Origin: a virus
Length of the DNA: 64,000 bases
Reading direction: 5' to 3' (one strand)
Virus genome (UHGV): UHGV-1366603
Below the pieces are notes generated by a model. The model was not told the origin of the DNA. It saw only the letters and a list, made by a program, of their open reading frames with translations, and searched no databases. Shown piece by piece: positions 10,454-19,852 of the stretch. Made by a program: the position numbers and the translations under genes. The number at the start of each line of letters is the position of its first letter. Position 1 is the stretch's first letter.

Positions 10454-10465
10454 TAGTAACGGTGG

Positions 10466-10507
10466 GTAGAGAGAGCTTTCGGGCTCTCTCTACTTTTCTT
10501 TTTTTTC
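10466..10507 (+). terminator. rho-independent terminator
   Basis: GTAGAGAGAGC-TTTCG-GGCTCTCTCTAC hairpin followed by TTTTCTTTTTTTT. Confidence 0.85.
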
Positions 10508-10535
10508 ATTAACGACGGTCTTTATGGAGGTGACC

Positions 10536-11090
10536 ATGAAAGAATATAAAATCGCGATCATCGGGTCTCGAGAAACACCGGAAGACGTTATGCAGGAAAT
10601 GTTGGAAACGTTACGGGAAGGGTTTCGAATCTTACGAAAGAAAGGCTACACGATTACCACCCGTTCTGGAGGATGTTATAAAGGCCCAGACCAACTTCAG
10701 TTCATGTTAGCACGCACCGAGGACGTTAAGAGCGTTTGTTACCTGCCGGATGAAAAGAAAATGTGGCTAGGGAAAATACACCCTAAAGTAGAGTTCCGTT
10801 ATATCCCACAAGACGTGCAGTACCGAGCAGTTGTTGCTTCACTCCACCCAAACCCAGATAAGCTCTCACCGATTGCCTGGGCGTTACACGGTCGTAATCT
10901 GAATATCATCTCAGGTGACCGTTTAGACGAACCGGTAGACGCAGTGTATTATTTCAGCGACCACGACAAACACGGAAACGCAAAGGGTGGTACTGCGATG
11001 GGTGTAAAATACGCGAAGTCAGTCGACGTTCCTTGTTACTACCATACCGCCGATCGAGATAAGTGGTTGGAAAGTCTTCGTTTATTATGA
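10536..11090 (+). CDS. hypothetical protein; possibly a Rossmann-fold nucleotide-binding (DprA/SLOG-like) protein
   Basis: GGAGG RBS 6 nt before ATG 10536; N-terminal KIAIIGSRETPEDV resembles the beta-strand/Gly loop of DprA/LOG-type Rossmann folds. Functional call is low confidence. Confidence 0.55.
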   Translation: MKEYKIAIIGSRETPEDVMQEMLETLREGFRILRKKGYTITTRSGGCYKGPDQLQFMLARTEDVKSVCYLPDEKKMWLGKIHPKVEFRYIPQDVQYRAVVASLHPNPDKLSPIAWALHGRNLNIISGDRLDEPVDAVYYFSDHDKHGNAKGGTAMGVKYAKSVDVPCYYHTADRDKWLESLRLL

Positions 11091-11240
11091 ACTTGACTTT
11101 AACCGCTTTACAAAGGGAATCCCGATAAGCGTCGTAGTTGAGTTCAGCGATTCGCCGTGCGATGGGAACAGAAGTTACTGCGTATCCGACAGCAGGGTGA
11201 ACTGGGTAAAAGTAAGATCAAAGCAAACGAGTAAATTATC

Positions 11241-12374
11241 ATGTCAACGTTAGATAGCGACTTAGAAGTGCTTTGTGACGATTACGACCGACTCGTAGCG
11301 TTAGAATCCATTGGAGTAAAAGATAATTATCCGGCTATCGTTGCTATCCGTAAACGTTGGCTTTTGGATGATGTGGTTGTTGCGTCAGAGTCTTCGGCCA
11401 TGATGCACCGCGCACAGTTTTTGTCAGACACGGAACCTGATAAAGGGATAGGCAAAGCGGCTGCGCGACTCACCGGACGTGCTGTTCGTGGCGTCAGTCG
11501 GGTAGCAGGCCGTGCTGCCAGTGCAGGTGCAAAAGCATCAGCGAACTTTGCAGGTAAACATTCCAAACAGCTTGCTTTACGTTTTGTGGACTTTGCTGAG
11601 GCTGCGGGTAAAGAAGTCATTAAGGAATTAAAAGAAGCGACGTCTAAAGCGACGACCTTAGAGCGCAAACTGCAAAAGTTAAATGCACGTCTAAGTTTAA
11701 TCGGTGACAAAGACACCTTAAAACCGGTTGACTGCGACACGGGAAGCTGGACGACCAAAGTTTGTTTAGAAGACAAACCTAATGTAAAAGCGTGTATTGA
11801 GTTCAGTAAGAACCTGAACGCAATGGATGCGATGGTCAACGATTATACCGTTAAAACGCGTACTATTCTCGGTAAGAGTAAGAAAGTTACTGAGAGTGGT
11901 TTGGAGAGAGTAGGTCGGTCAACGAACTGGGCGATTAAACGTAGTGCAGGGTTGTTCGGTATTATCGATCCGTTTAAAACGGTGAAAGCGTATCCGTGGC
12001 CAGGTAACGTGGTGGTCGTTGAACACGACAACGGTAAGATTGAGTGGGCGATTGCCCGTGATGGTGATTTTGGCCACACAATCAAATCTCTGAACTTACA
12101 CGAAATCGGTTCAGCTCTCGAAGCCGTTGAAAAAATTATCCGTGCTTTACGTCAGCGTGGTACGAAGCGTCGTAGTGTTGGTTATACCGGTATTTACGAT
12201 GAAATTCAGCGAATGAAAAAAGAATTGAAATCGTTAGACGGTCGTGAATTACGTGACGCTACCGTTCGGTATAAAAACGCACTGCGTTTAGAAGATGCGT
12301 TTACTACCTCGTTAGTGCGTGTTGCGGAAGGCTTACTGGAATGGTGCAGGTTGTCGCTGATTGAGGTTAAATAA
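11241..12374 (+). CDS. hypothetical protein (377 aa)
   Basis: Long ORF; Ala/Arg/Gly-rich segment then a basic region; no motif recognised. Confidence 0.75.
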   Translation: MSTLDSDLEVLCDDYDRLVALESIGVKDNYPAIVAIRKRWLLDDVVVASESSAMMHRAQFLSDTEPDKGIGKAAARLTGRAVRGVSRVAGRAASAGAKASANFAGKHSKQLALRFVDFAEAAGKEVIKELKEATSKATTLERKLQKLNARLSLIGDKDTLKPVDCDTGSWTTKVCLEDKPNVKACIEFSKNLNAMDAMVNDYTVKTRTILGKSKKVTESGLERVGRSTNWAIKRSAGLFGIIDPFKTVKAYPWPGNVVVVEHDNGKIEWAIARDGDFGHTIKSLNLHEIGSALEAVEKIIRALRQRGTKRRSVGYTGIYDEIQRMKKELKSLDGRELRDATVRYKNALRLEDAFTTSLVRVAEGLLEWCRLSLIEVK

Positions 12375-12841
12375 TGCGTATCACTATTATTCTCAAACCC
12401 GACAGTAAATACGGAAAGTTATACGGCGACCAGGTACTCAAACTGCACAACATGTTGTTCGCAGAAGAGAAAGTGCGTATTAGTCAGTTAACTGGACGTG
12501 ACACGTTCAACCCCATCGAACGTTTAGAAGAGATTTGGCCTCAAGATTATCTCTGTGCTTGTGCGGTGGGTGACAACGAACAGCTTCTGGGATTTATGAC
12601 GTTCTCATTGGGTTCTTGCTCAAAAGACACGTTTGTTTACATCGGGAATTACTATGTGATTCCTGAAGCACGCTCTCAAGGGGTAGGGCGTGCGCTTATG
12701 GACAAAGTCCGTGAATACGGAAAGTCTAAAGGTTGTGGTTGGATGAGTCTGGATGTGTTAGACAACAACGTTAAAGCTATCTCCTTGTATGAGAAAATGG
12801 GATTCCGTACCGAATGCAGGGAAATGATAAAGGAAATCTAA
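12374..12841 (+). CDS. GNAT-family N-acetyltransferase
   Basis: YYVIPEARSQGVGRALMDKV (motif A Q-x-x-G-x-G) and WMSLDVLDNNVKAISLYEKMGF (motif B-like) in a 155-aa protein of typical GNAT size. Confidence 0.6.
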   Translation: MRITIILKPDSKYGKLYGDQVLKLHNMLFAEEKVRISQLTGRDTFNPIERLEEIWPQDYLCACAVGDNEQLLGFMTFSLGSCSKDTFVYIGNYYVIPEARSQGVGRALMDKVREYGKSKGCGWMSLDVLDNNVKAISLYEKMGFRTECREMIKEI

Positions 12842-12842
12842 A

Positions 12843-13475
12843 ATGGCTGCAAGATTCGTACCGTTTCATGACGGGTCTAGATATACTTTTGGTGTAGAGC
12901 GTTACGCTGTGGGTTTTCGTCCTGGTTGGAGAGTGGTACGAATCGATAAAGCGTGTTGGTGTTTACCGACCGGCATTTTTGATTACTTTACGCCTGAAGC
13001 TTTAACGCGGTTTGTTTCTCTGGGTTCTCCCACGCAACGTGCTGCGTGGGAAAAGAATATTCGTTGCCGTTATTTGGGTAAAACACGAAACGCGACGGTA
13101 CGCGGTGTTTATCACGTAGGAAGCCGTTGGTTACACGTTGAGCCAACACATCTCCGTTGTGCCGTCACGCCCTTTAACGGTGAATATCGCGGTCAGGTGT
13201 ACACTGGGTTACATTTTGCGTTCCCGGATAACCCTGACCTTAATTATTTTCTGGCTACCCCGAAAGACGTTACATTAGCCACGTTCTATAAATACCTTTT
13301 GTTCTATCCTGCGTACGTCGTTGCAGAATACGAACACAAAGCATTTCCTCTACCTTACGGTAGAGACAGGAGATTAGCAGGATGTTCTATCGAGAACTTC
13401 AGCAATACACCGACGCTCTCCGAAAAGCGACCATTGATGCTCACAACAACCTCAGAGATGTCGTTAGCGTTATAG
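12843..13475 (+). CDS. hypothetical protein (210 aa)
   Basis: ORF from ATG 12843; 3' end overlaps the next gene by 94 nt. Confidence 0.6.
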   Translation: MAARFVPFHDGSRYTFGVERYAVGFRPGWRVVRIDKACWCLPTGIFDYFTPEALTRFVSLGSPTQRAAWEKNIRCRYLGKTRNATVRGVYHVGSRWLHVEPTHLRCAVTPFNGEYRGQVYTGLHFAFPDNPDLNYFLATPKDVTLATFYKYLLFYPAYVVAEYEHKAFPLPYGRDRRLAGCSIENFSNTPTLSEKRPLMLTTTSEMSLAL

Positions 13476-13753
13476 AACAGTGTTCGGATGTATTGTATGC
13501 GGAAACGATTGAAACGCCAACCCGCGACGGTGTGAAATCGCTCCAGCTACACGTTTGTAGTAAACACGGCAGTCTGTCGTTAAACTTCCGTGTAGGTTTA
13601 GATTATTACATGGTTCGTAAGAGCTATTTAAGTTGTGACGGTGACCTCTATCCGGTTGTCTGGAACAACGATTATTCTAAGTTTGTTTATCCACTTGAAG
13701 AACACCGACGCACGGTTTATGAATTTGTGAAAGCTGTTCTCGAGGGGTTCTAA
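13382..13753 (+). CDS. hypothetical protein (123 aa)
   Basis: AGGAG RBS before ATG 13382. Confidence 0.6.
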   Translation: MFYRELQQYTDALRKATIDAHNNLRDVVSVIEQCSDVLYAETIETPTRDGVKSLQLHVCSKHGSLSLNFRVGLDYYMVRKSYLSCDGDLYPVVWNNDYSKFVYPLEEHRRTVYEFVKAVLEGF

Positions 13754-13766
13754 AGAGGGTATTGTG

Positions 13767-14372
13767 ATGTCAGAGATGATTCTCGACTCATTACTGCTGA
13801 TTACGGTGGCGTATATCAACAAAACCGGTAAGCTACCAAAGCGTGGGGTGACGATTGAACGGGAGGGGTTTAAGCACCGCTACCCGTTAACGAAAGTTCT
13901 CGATTTGGCAGCGCGGTTAGCGAAGATGCGTAGACCGACGTCAGACGCAGCACCGAAGTACGTCTTAGTGGTACTCCAACGTGCGATTTCTGAAGTCCGT
14001 CGTGCGCGTCGTCGTGCCTCGTTTCGCTTTTATCCAAACTCTACGCAACAGGTTGTGGGGGTCTATAACGAAATGGTTGTTGATTTACGTGCCGAACGCT
14101 GTAACGTTACAGGACTTGCGTATAACCGCCTCAAACGCATTCTGGACGACTCAGACGCGTTTACCACACCGCAAGAAGGTCAAGCGGCTTTAGCGCTTCT
14201 ACGAGGCGCTGAGCTCGTTATTGTGGACACCGCAGTACAGGCCGCAAGAATGCAGCACTATCTTGCTAAGCAAGGGTTAGTTTTACTGTGTGTACCGTCT
14301 GCACAGACTGCTAATCTTACCGCACCGGAAACGTCAGAAGTGTGGAGTGGTCCGATTGTTGACCATCAATAA
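13767..14372 (+). CDS. hypothetical protein (201 aa)
   Basis: GAGGG RBS before ATG 13767; followed by terminator. Confidence 0.7.
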   Translation: MSEMILDSLLLITVAYINKTGKLPKRGVTIEREGFKHRYPLTKVLDLAARLAKMRRPTSDAAPKYVLVVLQRAISEVRRARRRASFRFYPNSTQQVVGVYNEMVVDLRAERCNVTGLAYNRLKRILDDSDAFTTPQEGQAALALLRGAELVIVDTAVQAARMQHYLAKQGLVLLCVPSAQTANLTAPETSEVWSGPIVDHQ

Positions 14373-14379
14373 AACCTTA

Positions 14380-14416
14380 CCCCTACCTATCGGTAGGGGC
14401 GGGTTTCTTTTTTATC
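14380..14416 (+). terminator. rho-independent terminator
   Basis: CCCCTACC-TATC-GGTAGGGG hairpin followed by GGGTTTCTTTTTTAT. Confidence 0.85.
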
Positions 14417-14510
14417 CTAAAATTTATTACAACCAATAGCTATTATGTGAACGCCGGTATGGAATAAAGAAGTATCGGTTTAAATTTTTGTGCGTAAAGG
14501 TAAAACGATA

Positions 14511-15134
14511 ATGCTTAAGACAGTGTCTATTGATGGCCCTGACTTTTCTGGGAAATCGACGTTGTGCAAAATGGTAAAAGGTATGCTGGAATCTGCGGGG
14601 TTAAAGGTCTGCATCCGTAATCACCCTACGACGGAGACCGAAGCGGGTATCCGCGCACGCAGTTTAGTCATTCAGTCCGCAGCAAAAGCAAAAATTGCCG
14701 AAGCGATGTGCGACGATTTCCTCCACACGTTAGACCATGTTGTTGACGATTACGATGTTGTTATTTTCGACAGGTTCTGTCCCTCTACAGTCGTTTACCA
14801 GGGTGTCGACGGTAAAGACGAAGTTTTCCGACGTAAGCTAACGCGTCATTTCCACGCACCAGATTTGTACGTTTGGACAGATGTGGATTACGACGGCGCA
14901 GTAGCACGCTTTAAGAAACGGGTAGAAGAACAAGGTAAGAATTGGGACGATGAGGTTCTTACCGTTAAGTATTTAAAAGACAACCAAAGTTGGGAAGCGT
15001 TACGTGACCACTACCGCTTCGCCCACCACATTCTCACTGAAGGCGGTTGTCTACACCATTTATTACCCGTGAAGCAAGACGACGATTACCGGTTAAAAGC
15101 GGCTGAAATCGTTGCTTGTATTTTAGAGAATTAA
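14511..15134 (+). CDS. tmk: thymidylate kinase-like (d)NMP kinase
   Basis: P-loop DGPDFSGKSTL near the N-terminus; DRFCPSTVVYQG matches the Tmk DR(Y/H)-x-S-x-AYQG region; PDLYVWTDVD...RFKKR matches the lid region. Confidence 0.7.
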   Translation: MLKTVSIDGPDFSGKSTLCKMVKGMLESAGLKVCIRNHPTTETEAGIRARSLVIQSAAKAKIAEAMCDDFLHTLDHVVDDYDVVIFDRFCPSTVVYQGVDGKDEVFRRKLTRHFHAPDLYVWTDVDYDGAVARFKKRVEEQGKNWDDEVLTVKYLKDNQSWEALRDHYRFAHHILTEGGCLHHLLPVKQDDDYRLKAAEIVACILEN

Positions 15135-15141
15135 TCACATA

Positions 15142-15177
15142 CCCCTACCTTCGGGTAGGGGGTTATTTAATTTTTTC
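15142..15177 (+). terminator. rho-independent terminator
   Basis: CCCCTACC-TTCG-GGTAGGGG hairpin (same stem as the 14380 terminator) followed by a T-rich run. Confidence 0.85.
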
Positions 15178-15202
15178 TCAGATAGATATTACCTTAGTGA
15201 GA
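15176..15202 (+). promoter_or_regulatory. conserved promoter-like motif, copy 1 (TCTCAGATAGATATTACCTTAGTGAGA)
   Basis: One of four near-identical ~25-nt elements (see 20216, 36306, 40361), each just downstream of a terminator and 40-70 nt upstream of an ATG. Confidence 0.45.
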
Positions 15203-15252
15203 TTACACAATAACCTCTTTACGACTTGTTCTACAGATTAGGATTAATTACC

Positions 15253-15612
15253 ATGACTTATAATCACAACTCTATTGTTTTAGCAAAACGTAAATTCGGT
15301 CTTCATCTTTCTTACGTGATTCGTCATTTGACAGCGAAAGACATTACACAGCGTGAACTTGCCCAGCTTGCGAAAGTTTCACAATCGGTTATTTCATCTA
15401 TTAAGAACGATCGTAGCGAACGCCTGAGTCTACCGATAATGATGAAGGTTGCTGATGCAGTTCGTCTGAAATACCAGATTACGTTTAATTCCATTAAAGG
15501 GCGTTGCTCAGTAACGGTTCACGTAGAGTCTGCGTTGGACTACGTTGCAAATACGTCCCTTAAACGTACCGCGAAGAATATTCGTTTTGTTACTAACAGC
15601 GCAACACACTAA
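15253..15612 (+). CDS. helix-turn-helix (XRE-like) DNA-binding protein
   Basis: ITQRELAQLAKVSQSVISSIKN is a canonical HTH (helix, turn, recognition helix) of XRE/Cro-type regulators; ATG at 15253. Confidence 0.6.
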   Translation: MTYNHNSIVLAKRKFGLHLSYVIRHLTAKDITQRELAQLAKVSQSVISSIKNDRSERLSLPIMMKVADAVRLKYQITFNSIKGRCSVTVHVESALDYVANTSLKRTAKNIRFVTNSATH

Positions 15613-15633
15613 CCAACCTAAAGGAGTAATATC

Positions 15634-16317
15634 ATGGCACCGAGAACTAAGAAAACCGAAGTTAAAGAAACTGTAGAAAAGCCGACTGATAATAAGGAAG
15701 CGGAAGTTAAGCAGACTGGGCCTAACAAGAAACTTGTGCTTATGTCACCCGCCACAGAAATACACGGGGATAAAATCTTAAGTTACACTCCGCGCGCGAG
15801 TTTAACGATCGATATTTACCATTACCCGGTATTCGACCTGTACACGCTTGTCTGTCGACTCGACGATGAGATACTGGCAGTCGTTCCAGGTATCCACAAA
15901 GAAAAACTGCTTACGGGTTCAGTCATTAGCGAGATTTTCCTGCGCTTGATGTTTAAATCAGACGATAAGATGATCAGCCAGATTGCTAGTAAATTGACTG
16001 ACTTCTTTGTTGAGGCTTCAACGTGGTTAGGCTTTCACCCAACGGCTTATTTCGTTTTCGACACCAAAATGTTGTATGCTGAAATGGGCGATAGCGTTAA
16101 ATATCCTATCTTGCTTAATGAAGAAGTCGTTCCTTTTTCCCTTACCAGTCCTAACAAACATCTTCGCTTTCATCCGGCGTTAGAAAGCCTGATTGAATAC
16201 AATCGGTTGGAAAAATATTACGCTTATCATCGCATGTTCTTTGAACTTCTGCGTGATAAATTAAGAGGCAAAGTTCCAGATTCTAGTGCAGCATTCACTA
16301 GTTCTAAGCTTTGGTAG
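15634..16317 (+). CDS. hypothetical protein (227 aa)
   Basis: AAGGAG RBS before ATG 15634; Lys/Glu-rich N-terminus. Confidence 0.75.
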   Translation: MAPRTKKTEVKETVEKPTDNKEAEVKQTGPNKKLVLMSPATEIHGDKILSYTPRASLTIDIYHYPVFDLYTLVCRLDDEILAVVPGIHKEKLLTGSVISEIFLRLMFKSDDKMISQIASKLTDFFVEASTWLGFHPTAYFVFDTKMLYAEMGDSVKYPILLNEEVVPFSLTSPNKHLRFHPALESLIEYNRLEKYYAYHRMFFELLRDKLRGKVPDSSAAFTSSKLW

Positions 16318-16328
16318 TTTGTAACAAA

Positions 16329-16358
16329 CAGGGAGCTTCGGCTCCCTTTTTCTTTTTA
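16329..16358 (+). terminator. rho-independent terminator
   Basis: GGGAGC-TTCG-GCTCCC hairpin followed by TTTTTCTTTTT. Confidence 0.8.
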
Positions 16359-16403
16359 CAACTTTTTCTTTTGTTGTGAGGAAAGCCGATAAGGAGTATT
16401 AAA

Positions 16404-17390
16404 ATGGTATATCGTAAAACGATAGAAAGAACCTCTTCTGATTTAACCGTAGGACGCTTAACCCGTAGAGATATTCGCAATCCTCAACTTCAGGCATGTT
16501 TAACGGGCCCTAACGGTGCGGTGATTCGTGAAGCACTGTGCAATACTGAGCTGAATACGTTCTCTTTACAAAAAGGAAAAACAATCCAAGGGTTTATCAT
16601 CACAAAACACATTTACGGTGATCCAACGTTACACTGCTTGTATATGCATGAAATTGTACCTGGGTGTTTGAACAAACTGAGCCTTCTATTGGTACTTGAC
16701 TATACTGGGTTTACGTACCTTAACCGAATTGCCAGGGGCGTGGAAGAAATCGCTGAGCTTAACGATTTAGGGTTTAGACATACCCACACAGCATATCGTT
16801 TAGGTACGCGTAAGCTACTGGATGTCACTTTACCGACGAACGTGAAGAACGTCTCCGGCGACTTCTATAAAGACTTAACCAGAGCACAACGTGAACAGCT
16901 CATGACGTTGTTTGGCACTAGCGTCGTTGAAAACATCAATGCTGACCCTGTAACGCGTTCTCGACAAATAATGCCGCAAGTTGAAACATTGGTGGAATTA
17001 GCGCGGCACGTCAATCACTACACTTACGTTTGGATGGACGGTAATGACGTTGTGGGTGTGGTGCAAGTTAAATCACGCAATCTTAGCGAGTGCGAACTAA
17101 AAGCCATTGCGGTAAGTGAATCACACCGGGGCCGTGGGATTGGGCGTGCGTTGTTGTACCGTGCTTTACAGATTGCTTCGACAACAGCAGCACCGTTAGA
17201 AATAGGCTGTTACAATAACAACCCAGCATTTAGACACCTGGCTGTAGATTTGTTTAAATTCCGTCCCTACGAGTACGAATTTGTTTTAGTGCGCGACGAC
17301 GATGTCGTCAGTTGGGAGCGTCGGAAAAACCGCGTCGAGTTAGTGTTAGGCGACGAAATGTCATCGTTACAAGGCGGAATTAATGCATAA
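16404..17390 (+). CDS. GNAT acetyltransferase-domain protein (328 aa)
   Basis: AAGGAG RBS; C-terminal region has IAVSESHRGRGIGRALLYRAL (GNAT motif A). Confidence 0.55.
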   Translation: MVYRKTIERTSSDLTVGRLTRRDIRNPQLQACLTGPNGAVIREALCNTELNTFSLQKGKTIQGFIITKHIYGDPTLHCLYMHEIVPGCLNKLSLLLVLDYTGFTYLNRIARGVEEIAELNDLGFRHTHTAYRLGTRKLLDVTLPTNVKNVSGDFYKDLTRAQREQLMTLFGTSVVENINADPVTRSRQIMPQVETLVELARHVNHYTYVWMDGNDVVGVVQVKSRNLSECELKAIAVSESHRGRGIGRALLYRALQIASTTAAPLEIGCYNNNPAFRHLAVDLFKFRPYEYEFVLVRDDDVVSWERRKNRVELVLGDEMSSLQGGINA

Positions 17391-18198
17391 ACCAATTATA
17401 AAGTGGATGGGTGGTAAATCACGGATTATCGACACCTTACTACAAGTCTTACCTGAACGTACAACATTCGTTGAACCGTTTGTTGGTGCAGGGTCGGTGT
17501 TTTTGAACACACGTTATAAACGTTACATTCTTGCTGACTCTAACCCCGATTTAATACAGTTGCTGAATGTGGCGAAAGACCAACCTGAAGAACTTATCTT
17601 AAAGTCGAAACCACTATTCGAAGACGGTAACGATTGTATTAAGTATATGGAACGCCGTGAGTTGTTTAATCGCGAAACGGATATGGCTCCGTTAGACCGG
17701 GCAGCAATGTTTCTGTACTTAATGCGTCACGGTTTTAACGGGATGTGTCGTTACAACGGCAGCGGGGGTTTTAACGTTCCGTTTGGTCGCTATCCTAACG
17801 GTGTGTATTACCCGTTAGACGAGATTCGTGGTTGGGCTAAACGTTGTCAAGAACCGGAATACTTAGAAATTGTTTGTGAAGATTTCCGAACAGTTTTAGA
17901 GCGTACACCGGAAGAGAGTGTGATTTACGCAGACCCGCCTTATATACCGCTCTCAGAGACCGCTAAACACGCCCAATACCATCGGAAGGAGTTTTCCCAG
18001 GCTGACCATCGAGAACTCGCCAGAGCGCTGTTTAAGCAGGTTGAGAGGGGGAATAGCGTTGTGTTGTCCAATGCAGATACGTTACTAACGCGTGAGATTT
18101 ATTACGGGTTCGAATGGCGTTCTGTGGAAGTAGGGCGATACATGGGTGCGTCAGGTGCTGCCCGTAAAACGGTAACGGAATTGTTAGGAGTGCTCTAA
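17383..18198 (+). CDS. dam: DNA adenine methyltransferase, Dam-type (GATC-family N6-adenine MTase)
   Basis: Collinear with E. coli Dam: KWMGGK (KWAGGK), VEPFVGAGSVFLNT, RYILAD, FLYLMRHGFNGMCRYN...GFNVPFGRY, and catalytic DPPY in YADPPYIPLSETA. Confidence 0.9.
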   Translation: MHKPIIKWMGGKSRIIDTLLQVLPERTTFVEPFVGAGSVFLNTRYKRYILADSNPDLIQLLNVAKDQPEELILKSKPLFEDGNDCIKYMERRELFNRETDMAPLDRAAMFLYLMRHGFNGMCRYNGSGGFNVPFGRYPNGVYYPLDEIRGWAKRCQEPEYLEIVCEDFRTVLERTPEESVIYADPPYIPLSETAKHAQYHRKEFSQADHRELARALFKQVERGNSVVLSNADTLLTREIYYGFEWRSVEVGRYMGASGAARKTVTELLGVL

Positions 18199-18971
18199 TG
18201 CGTATAGTGGATATCCACGATTATCGTAATGACCATTTAGCGATTGGTGTCGATGGGAAAATGGTTTCGTTAACCCGCGTACGCAAAGGGTTAATGGAAA
18301 AGGAGATCATTCGGGAGTCCGAAGACCCTACCTTTATCATCCTTTCGAACACTAATCAGTTACAGGGCATCTTTTCAGGGCGTGCTGACGGTAAGATTTT
18401 CTATATGTCCGCAATCGTTGTGTTTGCGAAGAAGAACATTAACTTCGCCCAACTCAAACGTTTGTTAAACGTGAAGATGTTTGATGTCACCTACCCTGCT
18501 AATGACCTAAAACGTCGTGATCAGTTAATGACGTTTTTAGGTATGCAACCAACGTCTATCGATTACGACCTTACGATTACTGAGAAGCCGGAAGTGCGCA
18601 CTGACTTACCTGACGTAGACGATGTTGAATCCTTAACGTTAGAAGAGACGTTTACGATTCCTAAGGTTGTTAATGTCAACCTGGACACGCATTGTTTAGG
18701 GTTGTTAGCCGTAGGTGCAGCAGAAGGGTTGTGTTGTCGTAAAGACGGTAAGGTTGAAGGTATCTTAGTCTATTCGAAAATCAACGAAAAGACGTTTGCC
18801 ACTGAAGGCTTTTTCTATAACGATTGCACTTACGGAAACGCACTACTAACCACGTATTTCCGTATTGCTTATCTGAAAGGCGCAACTGTACGCCTCACGT
18901 TTCCATACACAGCCCCACCGTCTATGGGTGGAGTTGAGGTAGAACCATTAACCGGCCACTTTATCTTTTAA
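18198..18971 (+). CDS. hypothetical protein (257 aa)
   Basis: ATG overlaps dam stop; long ORF. Confidence 0.7.
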   Translation: MRIVDIHDYRNDHLAIGVDGKMVSLTRVRKGLMEKEIIRESEDPTFIILSNTNQLQGIFSGRADGKIFYMSAIVVFAKKNINFAQLKRLLNVKMFDVTYPANDLKRRDQLMTFLGMQPTSIDYDLTITEKPEVRTDLPDVDDVESLTLEETFTIPKVVNVNLDTHCLGLLAVGAAEGLCCRKDGKVEGILVYSKINEKTFATEGFFYNDCTYGNALLTTYFRIAYLKGATVRLTFPYTAPPSMGGVEVEPLTGHFIF

Positions 18972-18980
18972 GGATGATGA

Positions 18981-19208
18981 ATGGAAATCAAACGTATTGT
19001 AACCAAAAACAAACAGATTGTTTACGTCGCAGGCGATAACGAATTCTCGGCGGTAATCAACAGCGAAAATGCGCTCATTATCGGTTATCCGGGTAAAGTT
19101 ATTACGCGCAGTCACCAACGTGTGATTGACAAACTTATCGCAAAAGCGAAAGCGCGTGACGGTGTTGGTTCAGTACAAACCCACACGGGGTTAACGCTGG
19201 CCCTCTAG
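18981..19208 (+). CDS. hypothetical protein (75 aa)
   Basis: Short ORF with AAGGA RBS. Confidence 0.55.
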   Translation: MEIKRIVTKNKQIVYVAGDNEFSAVINSENALIIGYPGKVITRSHQRVIDKLIAKAKARDGVGSVQTHTGLTLAL

Positions 19209-19247
19209 TCAGCAGGTAATATGACCTCTTAACTGGAGACTTTAATA

Positions 19248-19754
19248 ATGAGTGAGACTCTGGATTTTAATCAGCTCGAACAACACGATTTCGACCTCGG
19301 TGTTCGTGATATCGATGCTGATCATGAAACACGTTGTAAAGAGCTGTTTAACCGTTACGGTCAGCTCATCACCGGTGCCTCTGACGACACCGAATTCAGT
19401 TTAGATGAGTTTGAAAAAGTTCTGTCGTGTTTTATCACTGACTGTCTGGCGAAGAAAGCGTTGCTGGTCGAACTGAACTTAGACTCCGTCGAACCTACTG
19501 ATGCTCACGCCGTGTTGAAAGAGTCCATTATCCCAACTGATGAGATTATGGACACGGTAGCCGGTATTCGCGGTACGTTTGAAACTGCCGTAGAAGAATA
19601 CACGGAACAGCTTCGTGAATCAGGACTGACGTTGTGTGCGCCAGCAGGTGAGCCATTACCGTCCGACGAAGAAACTGAAGAAGCGCGTAGTCGCTTAGCG
19701 CGTTATGTTATTACGTCTATCTTGGTAGATGATCGCGAAGAGAATCTGCTATAA
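19248..19754 (+). CDS. hypothetical acidic protein (168 aa)
   Basis: GGAG RBS; Asp/Glu-rich; followed by terminator. Confidence 0.7.
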   Translation: MSETLDFNQLEQHDFDLGVRDIDADHETRCKELFNRYGQLITGASDDTEFSLDEFEKVLSCFITDCLAKKALLVELNLDSVEPTDAHAVLKESIIPTDEIMDTVAGIRGTFETAVEEYTEQLRESGLTLCAPAGEPLPSDEETEEARSRLARYVITSILVDDREENLL

Positions 19755-19757
19755 GCT

Positions 19758-19797
19758 GCCCCTCTCTCCGTTTGGAGAGAGGGTGTATTTATTTTTA
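19758..19797 (+). terminator. rho-independent terminator
   Basis: GCCCCTCTCTCC-GTTT-GGAGAGAGGGT hairpin followed by a T-rich run. Confidence 0.85.
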
Positions 19798-19852
19798 CGC
19801 GTATAGCCGTAGTTATGCACAAGTAAACAAAATTAATTGAGGAAACAATCTG

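Noticed and set aside
11091..11240. 150-nt intergenic gap considered as a possible tRNA or small RNA locus
   Set aside because: No cloverleaf-compatible inverted repeats, no GTTCGAATC-type T-arm, and no terminator hairpin; most likely promoter/5' UTR for the 11241 gene.
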